From Cenarchaeum sp. (GTDB taxonomy: Archaea > Thermoproteota > Nitrososphaeria > Nitrososphaerales > Nitrosopumilaceae), in NCBI GenBank assembly GCA_965242695.1, contig CBDESU010000002.1, forward strand, positions 32,001-96,000: a stretch of 64,000 bases of DNA. Direction: 5' to 3'. Position 1 is the first letter of the stretch, and the number at the start of each line of letters is the position of its first letter. The notes beneath the pieces are model-generated. The model was not told the origin of the DNA. It saw nothing but the letters and a program-made list of their open reading frames with translations, and did no database searches. Positions 19,373 to 29,710 of the stretch are shown in pieces. The translations under genes and the position numbers were made by a program.

Positions 19373-20005
19373 TCACCGGGCCGCCGGCATCCAGAGGCGC
19401 CTGGCGGCGGCCAGGTCAGAGTCGGCCCTGTCGGCAACGGCCCGGGCGGCGGAAACGGCCCCGTCGACGAGCTGCCCGGCCGAGACCGCCTGGACGGCGG
19501 CATCGGCGGCCGCCTCGGCGCCGCCGGCCTGCCGGGCCGCGGCCGCGGCCGCCGCGGCCGCCTGCGCGACCGCCCCTGCGGCCGAGTCAGCCGCGCGGGC
19601 GGCCGCGGCGGCAAGGACGCCGCCCCAGGGCATCTCGTCCACGGCACGGATCGACTCCTCTGCTACTGCGGATGCGACCTCGCCGGCGGCCAGAGCGGCC
19701 CTGCCCGGCGGCCCGGCGGCCGCGTCTTCCAGGTCACGTTCGCCGCGCGACTCTATGCCGTCCGCCGCCCTGCGGGCGGCATCGACAATCCTGCGGGTCA
19801 CGAGCGCGGCGGCCGCGGCATCGGTGGCGGCGCGGGCAAGCACGTAGTTTGCCCCGCCGCCCGCGGCCCCAGGGTCGACGCGGCACTTTTCCGCCTTGCG
19901 GGCCGCCTTGTAGGCGATTTCCGCTACAATGCCGGCCGCGCAGGCGGTTGCGAAGGCAGCGTCGGCGACCGCATCGCCCTCGGCACGGCCGCCGCTCGCA
20001 TCCAT
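19373..20005 (-). CDS. Alanine-rich hypothetical protein
   Basis: Helical Ala-rich open frame; start uncertain. Confidence 0.4.
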   Translation of the reverse strand: MDASGGRAEGDAVADAAFATACAAGIVAEIAYKAARKAEKCRVDPGAAGGGANYVLARAATDAAAAALVTRRIVDAARRAADGIESRGERDLEDAAAGPPGRAALAAGEVASAVAEESIRAVDEMPWGGVLAAAAARAADSAAGAVAQAAAAAAAAARQAGGAEAAADAAVQAVSAGQLVDGAVSAARAVADRADSDLAAARRLWMPAAR

Positions 20006-20203
20006 CGCCACGGCGCGCGCCGCGTCGCTCGCGCAGTCGGCTATCCCCCTGGCTTCTTCGTCAGCGGAATAGTCTACGACTGCGGACAAGACGGCCGGGC
20101 CTGCCGCTGCGCGCCTATATCCGCTGCCGCGCCGGCCTGCTGGCGAGGATGCGCCGGCATGCCCTGCGGGCATCCCACGAGACGCGTTTCGGCGCGCCGG
20201 CAG

Positions 20204-20229
20204 CCCCCCCCCCCCCCCCCCCCCCCCCC
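20204..20229. repeat. C26 homopolymer
   Basis: Direct count of uninterrupted C run. Confidence 0.85.
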
Positions 20230-20583
20230 GCCCGCCCAAGGCCGCGCAATAGGGGCTACAAAATTCCCCGCAGGGCCGCCGCGCGGTTCCGGACGCGCCG
20301 CCGCGGCCGCGCGTCTCATGCACCGTCCCCCTGCGGGCGACCGATCATTCACGCGGCAATGCACCCAGAGCCACTCGTTCCAAGCGTCCATTCCATCCCA
20401 TGTGCCAAGGCCTGCTTGCCGCCTCGCGCATGGGGAATTCGCAGTGGCTCGCATCAAATGGCATTTATGCGCCACGGGCGGCCCACGGCCATGGGAGCGG
20501 GCGGCGGAAATGCGCGCGGCGGCGAGGCGGGTGCGCCGCCAAAGCCGGAGCGCGCTGCCGGAGGCGCGGGCCCCGCGGCGCAC

Positions 20584-21006
20584 ATGAGCGATGCCCTGGC
20601 CGCCGCGGCGGCCGGCGCCGAGCGCCCCACATGGGGGCTTGTCGAGACGCTGGACATTATGGCCGATGCGGATATGATGAGGCAGATTGCAGAGAGTGAG
20701 GAGGATAGGCGGGCGGGCAGGGTCGTGTCGCTGAAGGATTTCCTCAAGAAACTCGAGATTGAAGACAGGGAAGAAGGCGGCCGGCGGCGGGGCGCGGAGG
20801 CGGGCGTGAAAGGCGCATGCGATCCCGGCCTGGCGCTGCGAGTGCGGGCGCGGAGGGAAGAAACCGCGCCGGCGGGGCGTCAGGTGGATTCTGCCGCCAC
20901 GATGGATGACAAGGCAGCCACGGCCGGCGCAATTGCCGCGCGCACCGCGTCCCTGAGCCACGGGTGGGCCCGCTCCAGGTCGGCCACCGCAGGCGAGGCC
21001 GCATAG
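20584..21006 (+). CDS. Orphan antitoxin-like protein (Phd/YefM C-terminal-like)
   Basis: ETLDIMADADMMRQIAESEEDRRAGRVVSL; 3' part overlaps a convergent gene, so the true end is uncertain. Confidence 0.45.
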   Translation: MSDALAAAAAGAERPTWGLVETLDIMADADMMRQIAESEEDRRAGRVVSLKDFLKKLEIEDREEGGRRRGAEAGVKGACDPGLALRVRARREETAPAGRQVDSAATMDDKAATAGAIAARTASLSHGWARSRSATAGEAA

Positions 21007-22439
21007 TACGCGGCGCTGAGCGCCGAGAGGATCGGGGCTGCGTGCGAGGCGTCGGCCAGCGCCGCATCGCGCAGCTCGCGCAGCGCCTGCACCTGCGGCG
21101 CCAGCTCCGACCCGTACGCGGCCGTGGCCACAAGGCACCCGCCGCCCCCGCCAGGGGGATCGGAAGAGTCGGGCGGTAAGGGAGGGGGCGGCACTGGCCC
21201 TGCCTCCCCGCCCGCGGCATCGCCGCCGCCGGGGCCGGGCGGCGCGGCGGGCGACTGCCCCTCGCTTGCCGCCTCGCTTGCCGCGGCATCCTGCCGCTCC
21301 GGCGGCGCCCCGGGCGCCGCGCCCGGCTGCGCGGCCCCCGACGCAAGGTGCCTCTCTACGCAGCCCTCGTCGAGCCCGACGGCCGCGCAGATCGGCCCGT
21401 ACGCGGGGGCGTGGTTCTCGTCGTACCACTGCCGGTACGACTCGTCGGCCGCGTACCTGGCGATGTACGCAGAGGGGTCGAGCCCGCCGGCGAACGGGCC
21501 GGCGCCGCTCGGCGTCGCCGGCGATGCCTCCTGCGGGGCCGCATCGGGCGGCATCGGCGGCTGCGGCGGCGCGCCGCCGCCGGCGGCGGAGACGGCATCG
21601 CCGCCGTACGTCACGTACACGCGCTGCCCGGTGCACGAGTCGCCGACCCTGACGGTCTTCGAGTCGACCTGCAGCGAGCGGCCCTCCAGCGCGAATACGC
21701 GCAGCAGGAAAAAGTCCGGAATGTACGCGGCCTCGTATATGGCGCGTCCGGGCAGGTCCTGCACGGCCGCCGGCGCGGCGGCGACGCGGCCCTGGCCCGA
21801 GAACAGCTGCACGTCGTAGTCCCCGCCGATCGAGACGACCGCGCGCGTATAGTCCTCGCCGCAGTCCCAGGATACGGAGTATATGACGACGTCCTGCGAG
21901 CCCGACGGGGTCCCGGTGCGGCCGCCTCCTCCGCCCCCGCCTCCGCCTCCTCCGCCCCCTCCGCCTCCGACCACAAACGGCGGGGAAACCGCGGGAGGTG
22001 CGACGGGGACGGGAGGGGCGGGCGGGGGTTGAGGGGCGACGGGGGGCTCTGGAGGCGGGGGAGGAGGAGGCGGCGGCGGATCGGCATCGGGCGGCAGTAT
22101 GACGGCCGCGTTGGACTGCTCGCCGGTCGGCGAGGCGCCGCGCCCGTCCTGCGTCGCATTGCCGTCGCCTGGCGAGGGGGTTGCGCGCAGCCTGCCCTCC
22201 TCGGCCGCCGCCCCGGGCAGCGCAAACGGGCCGCGCGGCGCGGCGTCGCGCCCCTCTTCGGCCGGGCCGCCCGAGGGCGGCGCGGTGCCGGCGGCCAGGA
22301 AGAGCGCCAGCGCCAAGAGGGCCATGGCCGCAGCGGCCGCCATCGGGGCGCGGCGCAGGGGCGGCGGCAGCGGCCTGGAGGGTCGGGCAGTGCGCACGGC
22401 CGCCCGCGCTAGATGTGCCGCCCTAGTCATAGTTGCCAT
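20880..22439 (-). CDS. Exported Pro/Gly-rich protein with CFI-box-CTERM domain
   Basis: Hydrophobic N-terminal segment; C-term GGGCLVATAAYGSELAPQVQALRELRD..YYAASPAVADLER. Confidence 0.75.
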   Translation of the reverse strand: MATMTRAAHLARAAVRTARPSRPLPPPLRRAPMAAAAAMALLALALFLAAGTAPPSGGPAEEGRDAAPRGPFALPGAAAEEGRLRATPSPGDGNATQDGRGASPTGEQSNAAVILPPDADPPPPPPPPPPEPPVAPQPPPAPPVPVAPPAVSPPFVVGGGGGGGGGGGGGGGGRTGTPSGSQDVVIYSVSWDCGEDYTRAVVSIGGDYDVQLFSGQGRVAAAPAAVQDLPGRAIYEAAYIPDFFLLRVFALEGRSLQVDSKTVRVGDSCTGQRVYVTYGGDAVSAAGGGAPPQPPMPPDAAPQEASPATPSGAGPFAGGLDPSAYIARYAADESYRQWYDENHAPAYGPICAAVGLDEGCVERHLASGAAQPGAAPGAPPERQDAAASEAASEGQSPAAPPGPGGGDAAGGEAGPVPPPPLPPDSSDPPGGGGGCLVATAAYGSELAPQVQALRELRDAALADASHAAPILSALSAAYYAASPAVADLERAHPWLRDAVRAAIAPAVAALSSIVAAEST

Positions 22440-22790
22440 CCCCGCGCCGGAGCGCCCCCTGCCTGCAAGCGCAATTGGCCATCCCGTAGCCGGGGCGTAT
22501 ATCAAGAGTCCCCATGCGGCCGGGGACTGGGCGGCAGGCCTGCACGGATGTCCCCGCCGTCTGTCGGGCGCAGAGCGCTGCGGCCTAGCTTGGGGGCGTG
22601 GGGGACGGGCCGGCACGGATGTCCCCACCCCGATGCGCCAGGCAGGCCGGCCATGGGCGCAGGCAGTGTGCCAGCCCGGCAGCCACCGCCGTTGCGCGGG
22701 ATTGCCACTTGCTCAAGCACATGGGACGACCTGTGCTACGCGTCAAGGCAGAAAACGTGGCTATTTATAGCGGTGATTGTGAGCCGGTTT

Positions 22791-23393
22791 GTGGTAGCGC
22801 AGGAGGCAGTCAGAGAGTCGGCGGGGGCAGCAGTAGTTGCGCATACGACCATTGCGGAAGAGGTCGGCACGCCTGCGCAGCAACGGCAGGCCCGTACCGT
22901 TGCAGCCAACGCCTCGGTTGCATCTAGGAGCGGCACTGCGTCGCAGGGCGCCCCTGACCGCGGCACAGTCGAGATGGTCGAGCGCGCCATATTCCTGCAC
23001 CACCCGTACGATAACAGGGAGCGCCTGCGCAGCATCCTGCCCAGGAAGACTAGCGTTGAGGCCCTCGATCGCGTGCTGGACCACCTAGAGCGCTCCGGAA
23101 GGATCGCCATCGACGGGGAGGCCATACGCTGGGCAGCAGAGGCGGACGGCGAGGCGGACGGCGCCCTAAAGGCCGACGACAAGTCGATACTCGCGGGCAC
23201 GAACCTCGAGTGGCTCGAAGAGGGCAAGCTGCCGACCGAGACGATCGGCGAGTACATTGTGAGGGTGACCAACGCCCACGAGCCTGGGTCGTGCACGGCA
23301 GAGGATGCAAAGGAATACGACGAGGATATGCGCCAAGCGGCAAGGGGCGTGTCATATACGCACGAGCAGGTTTGGAAAGAGTTCGGGCCATGA
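22791..23393 (+). CDS. wHTH protein with antitoxin-like C-terminal tail
   Basis: TTTATA box 22764-22769; LDRVLDHLERSGRIAID (wHTH); tail YDEDMRQAARGVSYTHEQVWKEFG followed by ATGA into only a 31-codon stub. Confidence 0.6.
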   Translation: MVAQEAVRESAGAAVVAHTTIAEEVGTPAQQRQARTVAANASVASRSGTASQGAPDRGTVEMVERAIFLHHPYDNRERLRSILPRKTSVEALDRVLDHLERSGRIAIDGEAIRWAAEADGEADGALKADDKSILAGTNLEWLEEGKLPTETIGEYIVRVTNAHEPGSCTAEDAKEYDEDMRQAARGVSYTHEQVWKEFGP

Positions 23394-23646
23394 CGCACAG
23401 TGCGGAACATGGACAAGATACCAAGGACGCTAGGCAATGCCAGCTGAGATGGTGGGAGGAACAAGCCGCGGCGATGGCTAGTTGATCCGTACCGGACAAC
23501 ACGCATGGCCGGGAGCATGCCCCGTGGGTGCCGGGCAAGCCCGGAGAGGGGCGCAACGCAAGGCGCTCCGCGCGCAGAGGCGGGCGCAGGATGCCTTTTT
23601 TGCCGCCGTAACGCGCATCGCCTAGCGCCGATCCCCCGCGCCGCCC

Positions 23647-25038
23647 CTACTCGACGTAGTGGTGGTGGACGAGGTTGTCGTAGAACCGCACCGACTTTAT
23701 GTTGACGAACTCCAGTATGCCGTACCGCGACAGCTCGCGCCCGAACCCGCTGTGCTTGATGCCGCCGAACGGTATGCGCGGGTCGGAGACGACGACGTTG
23801 TTGACGCTGACTATGCCAGACTCTATGCGCCGCGATATGCGCTCGGCCTTTGAGAGGTTCGTCGACCACACGCTCGCTCCGAGCCCGAACTCTATGTCGT
23901 TGGCCATGCGGACGGCCTCGCTCTCGTTGTCGACGACGGTGACCGGCGCGACCGGCCCGAACGTCTCCTCTCTTGCGATCCGCATATCCGGCGTGATCCC
24001 CGTGAGTATGGTCGGCTTGTAGTAGTAGCCGCGGCCGCCCGGGGGCTGGCCGCCGATGACGACGGATGCGCCCTTTGAGACGGCGTCGTCGACGATCGAC
24101 GATATCGACTCCAGGCCGTCCCTGCTCGCGAGCGGCCCGATGTCCGTGTCGGGCGACTCGGGGTCGCCTACTCGCAGCCGGGCCGCCTCCTTTGCAAACC
24201 TCTCTACGAACTCGTCGGCTACGTTGCGCACGACGAAGAACCGCTTTGATGCGATGCAGCTCTGCCCGCAGTTTATGAAGCGCCCCTTGACGGCGCCGGC
24301 GGCGGCCTTTTCGACGTTTGCGTCCTCGAGCACGATGAACGGGTCGCTGCCGCCGAGCTCCAGCACGCACTTCTTGAGGCTCGCCGATGCGCGCTGCGCT
24401 ACCTTTGCTCCGGCCCCCGTGCTGCCCGTGAACGTGACGGCGCTGACCGGCGAGTCGACGAGGTCGCCGGCCGACTCTACGCTGCCGACGACCGTCTGGA
24501 AGACGCCCTCGGGAAAGCCGGCCTCGGTGAACGCGCGCTCCATCTCGATGCCGCACTGCATCGAGACGCGGGACGGCTTCATGACGATGGTGTTGCCGGC
24601 CATGAGGCACGGCGCGGCGAAGCGCAGCGCCTGCCAGTACGGAAAGTTCCACGGCATTATCGAGCCGATGACGCCGAGCGGCTCGAACGTCAGAAAGCTC
24701 TTGCGGGCGTCGGTGTGGAGGACCTCTTCGTGGAGAAAGCTGTCGGCGTGGTCGGCGTAGAACTCTAGGGCCCACGCGCACTTTTCGACCTCGCCGACCG
24801 ACTCCTTGAGGACCTTGCCCATCTCGCGCGTCGCGACGCGCGCAAGCTCTTCCCTGTGCGACTTTAGGTACGAGACGAGGTTGTACACGTAGCTGCGCCG
24901 CTTCTCGATGTCCTTGCGCCACTCGAGGAACGCGCGGCGGGCCGTCTCGACGAGCTGGTTGACCTGCGCCGTCGTCATTGCGTCGTAGGTCTGGATGGGC
25001 TCCTCGGTCGCGGGGTTGACCGTCGTTATCTGGGGCAT
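23647..25038 (-). CDS. gabD: NAD(P)-dependent succinate-semialdehyde dehydrogenase (ALDH family)
   Basis: MPQITTVNPAT, IMPWNFP, FTGSTGAG, LELGGSDP, NCGQSC, EETFGP, PFGGIKHSGFGRE. Confidence 0.9.
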   Translation of the reverse strand: MPQITTVNPATEEPIQTYDAMTTAQVNQLVETARRAFLEWRKDIEKRRSYVYNLVSYLKSHREELARVATREMGKVLKESVGEVEKCAWALEFYADHADSFLHEEVLHTDARKSFLTFEPLGVIGSIMPWNFPYWQALRFAAPCLMAGNTIVMKPSRVSMQCGIEMERAFTEAGFPEGVFQTVVGSVESAGDLVDSPVSAVTFTGSTGAGAKVAQRASASLKKCVLELGGSDPFIVLEDANVEKAAAGAVKGRFINCGQSCIASKRFFVVRNVADEFVERFAKEAARLRVGDPESPDTDIGPLASRDGLESISSIVDDAVSKGASVVIGGQPPGGRGYYYKPTILTGITPDMRIAREETFGPVAPVTVVDNESEAVRMANDIEFGLGASVWSTNLSKAERISRRIESGIVSVNNVVVSDPRIPFGGIKHSGFGRELSRYGILEFVNIKSVRFYDNLVHHHYVE

Positions 25039-25191
25039 GCGCAGGGCGGGCGCGCAGGCCGGACAATTTAAGGTGTGGCGGGCGCTCCGTCGCGGCGGCC
25101 CAGAGGTCCTGCGCGGCGCGGCTTGCCGAGCGCGGGCGGAACGCCGAGCGCGGGACGGAGCGTTTAAGGCGGGCTGGCAACCACGCGCGGC

Positions 25192-25941
25192 ATGCAGGCG
25201 GGGCGGGAGCAGGAGGCAGGGCGGGCGGCGCATGGCAACGCCTGCCCCGCCGCAGCGGCCACAGACGGCAGGGCCGAGTTCAAGGAAAGGCTCGTGTCGC
25301 TCGTCGATCCGGCCGGCCTGATGGACATGGGGAGGTGCGGCAGGACCGCATCCCTCATGGAGAGCGAGTCCTCGCGGGCAGGGTACGCGGCCGGCGTGAG
25401 GATGTCGCGCCTCTGGGCAGCCATCTTTGCGGACATCGACTACATAGCCGGCATGCCAGTCGAGGACGGGGTGCTAGGCCACGCCTCTGTCGCCGTCCGG
25501 CACATGAAGGAGGTGCTCTTCGAGACGGCCGATGCGTACAGGGACGGCAGGGACGCGGAGCCGATTGCAGAGCTGGAACATGCCAGGGACGCGGTCGCGC
25601 TCCTCCGGGCCGAGGCAGACGAGTGCGCCGAGGCGGTGAGGGCCGCGGGCGGCCCGCCCGGCGCGTCCCTGCCCGACTCCGACAAGAAGCACATCGGCAG
25701 GGCCTGCAGGGATGTCATAAGAGATATTATTGAAAGGGTGCGCGCGGAGCGAAGGGAACTCGGGGAGGATCCCATATTCCCGCCAAAGCCCGGGCCGATC
25801 GAAGATCACTTCGGGGATGCAGACGACCCCAACCTTTCTGTGCTCGACTGGCTTGCCATGGAGAGGGGCGAGGGAGTTCCCGAAGGATACCATAGGGACG
25901 AGGTTGACGACGATGTGGTTGGGCGGCAAGGCAGGGACTAG
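25192..25941 (+). CDS. Hypothetical protein / putative VapB-like antitoxin (copy 1)
   Basis: 249 aa, close paralog of 26212-26961; TTTAAG box upstream. Confidence 0.7.
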   Translation: MQAGREQEAGRAAHGNACPAAAATDGRAEFKERLVSLVDPAGLMDMGRCGRTASLMESESSRAGYAAGVRMSRLWAAIFADIDYIAGMPVEDGVLGHASVAVRHMKEVLFETADAYRDGRDAEPIAELEHARDAVALLRAEADECAEAVRAAGGPPGASLPDSDKKHIGRACRDVIRDIIERVRAERRELGEDPIFPPKPGPIEDHFGDADDPNLSVLDWLAMERGEGVPEGYHRDEVDDDVVGRQGRD

Positions 25942-26100
25942 GGGCGGCCTCGTAACAGAGTGATCGCGGCACTTACCTTTTGCGAAATGCACCACTTGGG
26001 AGCACCTAGGATGTTCGACGCGGCTAATAGGAGCAGGTGCAGTGTAATCACCTCGCGGCTGGCCATTATGTAGGCGCCGGTGCGGCGCGCCGGAAGGCAC
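25913..26100 (+). pseudogene. Decayed PIN-domain toxin
   Basis: Nucleotide match to 26933-27120 with frameshifts, stops and truncation. Confidence 0.7.
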
Positions 26101-26211
26101 TCCATCGCTGCGGCCGCGGGAGGGCAGGGGTAGCACAGCATGCCCCGCACTGCACGGCCCGCCTAGCGTGAGGCGGAATGTTTAAGAAGGGCAGGGCAGG
26201 CGGCGCGCGGC

Positions 26212-26961
26212 ATGCAGGCGGGGCAGGAACAGAAGGTAGGGCAGGCGGCGCGGCGCAGTGCCGGCTCCTCCGTAGCGGCCACGGATGGCAGGGCCGAGTT
26301 CAAGGAAAGGCTCGTGTCGCTCGTCGATCCGGCCGGCCTGATGGACATGGGGAGGTGCGGCAGGACGGCGGCCCTCATGGAGAGCGAGTCCTCGCGGGCA
26401 GGGTACGCGGCCGGCGTGAGGATGTCGCGCCTCTGGGCAGCCATCTTTGCAGACATCGACTACATAGCCGGCATGCCCGTCGAGGATGGGGTGCTAAGCG
26501 ATGCCTCTGTCGCCGTCCGGCACATGAAGGAGGTGCTATTCGCGATGTCCGATGCGTACAGGGACGGCAGGGATGCGGAGCCGATCGCAGATCTGGAAGA
26601 GGCCAGGGACGCGGTCGCGCTAATCCGGGCCGAGGCCGACGAGCGCGCCGAGGCGGTAAGGGCCGCGGGCGGCCCTCCCGGCGCGGCCCTCCCCGACTCC
26701 GACAAGAAGTACATTGGCAGGGCCTGCAGGGACGTTATAAGGGAGTATATTGAAAGGGTGCGCGCGGAGATGAGGGAGCTTGGCATCGATCCCATATTCC
26801 CGCCAAAGCCCAGGCCGATCGAGGAGTGTTTTGGGGACGCAGACGACCCCAACCTTTCGGTGTCCGACTGGCTCGACATGGAGAGGGGTAAAGGAACACC
26901 CGAAGGGTACCATTTGGACGAGGTTGACGACGATGGGGTTGGGCGGCAAGGCAAGGACTAA
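26212..26961 (+). CDS. Hypothetical protein / putative VapB-like antitoxin (copy 2)
   Basis: Overlaps downstream PIN gene; 1020-bp offset duplicate of copy 1. Confidence 0.7.
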   Translation: MQAGQEQKVGQAARRSAGSSVAATDGRAEFKERLVSLVDPAGLMDMGRCGRTAALMESESSRAGYAAGVRMSRLWAAIFADIDYIAGMPVEDGVLSDASVAVRHMKEVLFAMSDAYRDGRDAEPIADLEEARDAVALIRAEADERAEAVRAAGGPPGAALPDSDKKYIGRACRDVIREYIERVRAEMRELGIDPIFPPKPRPIEECFGDADDPNLSVSDWLDMERGKGTPEGYHLDEVDDDGVGRQGKD

Positions 26962-27556
26962 GGTCTACCTCGACAGCGGAGTGATCGCGGCACTTGCTCT
27001 TTTCTTCGACATGCACCACTTGGGCGCATTCAGGGTATTCGACGCGGCGAGGAAGTGCGGTTGTGAAATAGTCACCTCGCGGCTGGCCATTATGGAGGCG
27101 GTCAGCGTGGTGCGCCGGAGGACTGTAGAGGCGCACAAGCGGCGGTCTGAGAGCGGCTCGGATCTAGCAGGTGTGGAGGCGCACATGCGCGAAGCCGTGT
27201 CGAGGATGTTCGAGCTCGTGCGTGGCCTAGAAAATGCGGGCATCTTGAAAGTCGTGGAAATCGACGACAGGACCCTCGACCTTGCCCTCCTGCAGCGCAA
27301 GGTGGTCGAGCACGTAGGTCGGATCAGAGTGCCGGCCGCCGATGGCAAGAGGTTCCGGCACATTGGGATCGGGGCGTGCGACTGGCTGCACATTTGGATT
27401 GCCAAGTGCATCGACGCGGACGTGATCTGTACGACCGACGCGGCATTTGTCGAGATAGTTGGCAACGACGACGAGTTCGGCCACATTCAGGTGCAGATGA
27501 CGAACGGGCCGCTGATCGACCTGCTGGGCGGCGGCGGGGCCGGCGAGTCGGGCTAA
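26933..27556 (+). CDS. PIN-domain (VapC-like) protein
   Basis: KVYLDSGVI, TSRLAIMEA, CDWLHIWIA, ICTTDAAF acidic tetrad. Confidence 0.8.
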   Translation: MGLGGKARTKVYLDSGVIAALALFFDMHHLGAFRVFDAARKCGCEIVTSRLAIMEAVSVVRRRTVEAHKRRSESGSDLAGVEAHMREAVSRMFELVRGLENAGILKVVEIDDRTLDLALLQRKVVEHVGRIRVPAADGKRFRHIGIGACDWLHIWIAKCIDADVICTTDAAFVEIVGNDDEFGHIQVQMTNGPLIDLLGGGGAGESG

Positions 27557-27707
27557 ACGCTGTGCGCGGATGCGATGCGCCCACGGTCCTAGTACGCAGG
27601 CCTGGTGGCGCACTGCCGCCAGCCCGGTCTAGCCGCAGAGCAAGAATTTGGCGGGCGGCGCCTGATCCTCCGCGCACGGCAGTCCGCCCGCGCCCCGCCC
27701 GCGCGGC

Positions 27708-28493
27708 CTACCCGAATAGTACTTCCTGCGCCAGGCAAAGCCTGCCCCGGACGGCGGCGGCCGACGCCGCCGCTCCCGCCCGTCCCGCAAACTCCTCGCT
27801 GCCGCGCAGGCGCTCAAACCGCGCCCCCACGTCCGCAGGGGGGCCGCCCGCGCTGCGGGCAAATGCGACGAATACAGAGTCGAGCAGCGGCATGCGCAGG
27901 CGCCCGCGCCCGTCGCCGAACGGCCGCGGTCCGAGCGCGGCGCGGACGTCCCGGCAGACGGCCGCAAACCTGCCGCGCTCCCCGTCCACAAACTCCCCGC
28001 CCGGGTCCCTGCGCCTTGCCATGAACCCGGACAGGAAGGCCCTCATCGGCGGCCCGTAGCCTGCGCCCTCGCGGAGCAGCGCCATGCAGCGAAGCACCGC
28101 CTCGACGTCCCGCATCTGCGGATCGGGGAGGGGCAGCCCGAGCACGTCCCTCCAGTCCTTGTCGAGGTTCATTTCCACAAGGGCATCGGCGAGGCCCCCC
28201 GCCAAGAGGCAGCTGCGGGCCTCCGGGGGTCCGGCGGGCCCGCCCGCCGTGTGGAGGAGCTCGAACATCTCGTGCATGGCCATGCCGCCGGCGTCCGCGT
28301 TCAGGAATATTACCGCCCTGAGCACCGCGCCCCTGAGCCTCTGCTGGTCGTCCTCGTCCAGGTCCCAGAACGTCCTGCCGCAGAGCCTGCTGGCCCTGTT
28401 GATCCCCGCAATGCGAAACCTCCCGCCGCCGCGGGGCGCGCTCCCGGGGTACCTGCGGTCCAGGCAGGAAAACACCGTCAAGGGGCGCTGCAC
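27708..28493 (-). pseudogene. DUF262 (GmrSD N-terminal/ParB-like) protein, 5'-degenerate
   Basis: Begins at QR of an eroded DGxQRL motif; EMFELLHTAG resembles eroded IFERLNTGG; upstream frame broken. Confidence 0.5.
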
Positions 28494-28804
28494 TGCTCGT
28501 TCAGGGCAGACGGGGTGACCGTGGCGTCGGTGCCGCAGGTCGCGGCGGACCTGTACGATGCGGGCGGGCCGTGCGTGGATGCCGCCGGGATGCTCGTCGA
28601 GAAGGTGAGGGATGCCGCCTTACGAGAGGCATGAGGCGGATATCTGGCGGCGGCGTCCGAGCCCGTGTCCTGCTCGGGGGTTGGCTGTTCACACGGCGGT
28701 CAACTCGGGGTCCGGCTTTAGAGTGCAGGTTCTGCCAGTCTCCCCCGAATACGGGCGGGCGGGGGCGAGCAATAAGATATACGGGCGCCCCGGAAGGCCG
28801 GGGC

Positions 28805-29350
28805 GTGCAGGGGAGCGGCGGAGCCTCTGGGGACGGCAAGGGCGGGGAGCGCGGGCCGCGGCTCGACAGGCGGGCCCTGCCGATGATCGTCGCGGCGGCC
28901 GCAATCGTGGCCGGCGGCATCGTGGTGTTCAACCTTCCCGATGCGCCGGGCGGAGGCGGCGTCGGTACGGCCCCGCCCATGGGCGGGCCGTCGGCGCCCG
29001 GCCTGCCAGTCTCGTCGGGCCCCGTCACCGTAATGCAGTACGGGCACCGCCTCGGCGACAGCGTGTTCGTCAACGTGGCAGGCCTCGCGCCCGGCGAGGC
29101 CGGCGCAATCGCGGTTCTCGCCCCCGACGGCACGGCGTACAGGCAGTACGAGTACGACGGTTCCGCCAAGGGGTCCTTCAACGTGTACTTTATGCCAGAC
29201 ACGTCGGCCCGGCTCGGCCTGTGCACGGCAGGCGACCTGGTCGGCACATGGACGGTCGTGTTCGCGGGAGGCGCATACCGGCCGCTCCAGTTCGCCGTGG
29301 TGGACGAGTGGGTTCCCGGCGCCGAGGATACGATCGGGGACGAGTGCTGA
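28805..29350 (+). CDS. Membrane-anchored hypothetical protein
   Basis: TM segment MIVAAAAIVAGGIVVF; globular C-terminus; AT-rich box 28771-28781. Confidence 0.65.
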   Translation: MQGSGGASGDGKGGERGPRLDRRALPMIVAAAAIVAGGIVVFNLPDAPGGGGVGTAPPMGGPSAPGLPVSSGPVTVMQYGHRLGDSVFVNVAGLAPGEAGAIAVLAPDGTAYRQYEYDGSAKGSFNVYFMPDTSARLGLCTAGDLVGTWTVVFAGGAYRPLQFAVVDEWVPGAEDTIGDEC

Positions 29351-29362
29351 CCGGCGGGGGCG

Positions 29363-29710
29363 CTACGGCCGCCGCCCGCCCGGCGCGTCCAGCCCGTTGT
29401 GGAAGCACGTCCGCTCGCCCATGTGGCAGGCCGGCCCCGCCGGCTCTACCTGGTAGATGACGGCGTCCGAGTCGCAGTCGACCAGGATGCGCCTTACGGC
29501 CTGCGTGTTGCCCGACTCCTCGCCCTTCATCCACAGCCTGCCGCGCGAGCGGCTCCAGAACCAGGACGATCGCGTCGAGGCGGTGCGCTCCAGCGACTCG
29601 CGGTTGGCGTAGGCGAGTGTGAGCACCTCTTTTGTTTTTGCGTCCTGGACGATGACGGGGACGAGGCCGCCGCCCTTGCCAAAGTCGATCTCGTCCAGCC
29701 TCTTTTCCAC
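29363..29710 (-). CDS. hisI: Phosphoribosyl-AMP cyclohydrolase
   Basis: FWSRSRGRLWMKGEESGN, DCDSDA, ACHMGERTCF. Confidence 0.95.
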   Translation of the reverse strand: MEKRLDEIDFGKGGGLVPVIVQDAKTKEVLTLAYANRESLERTASTRSSWFWSRSRGRLWMKGEESGNTQAVRRILVDCDSDAVIYQVEPAGPACHMGERTCFHNGLDAPGGRRP

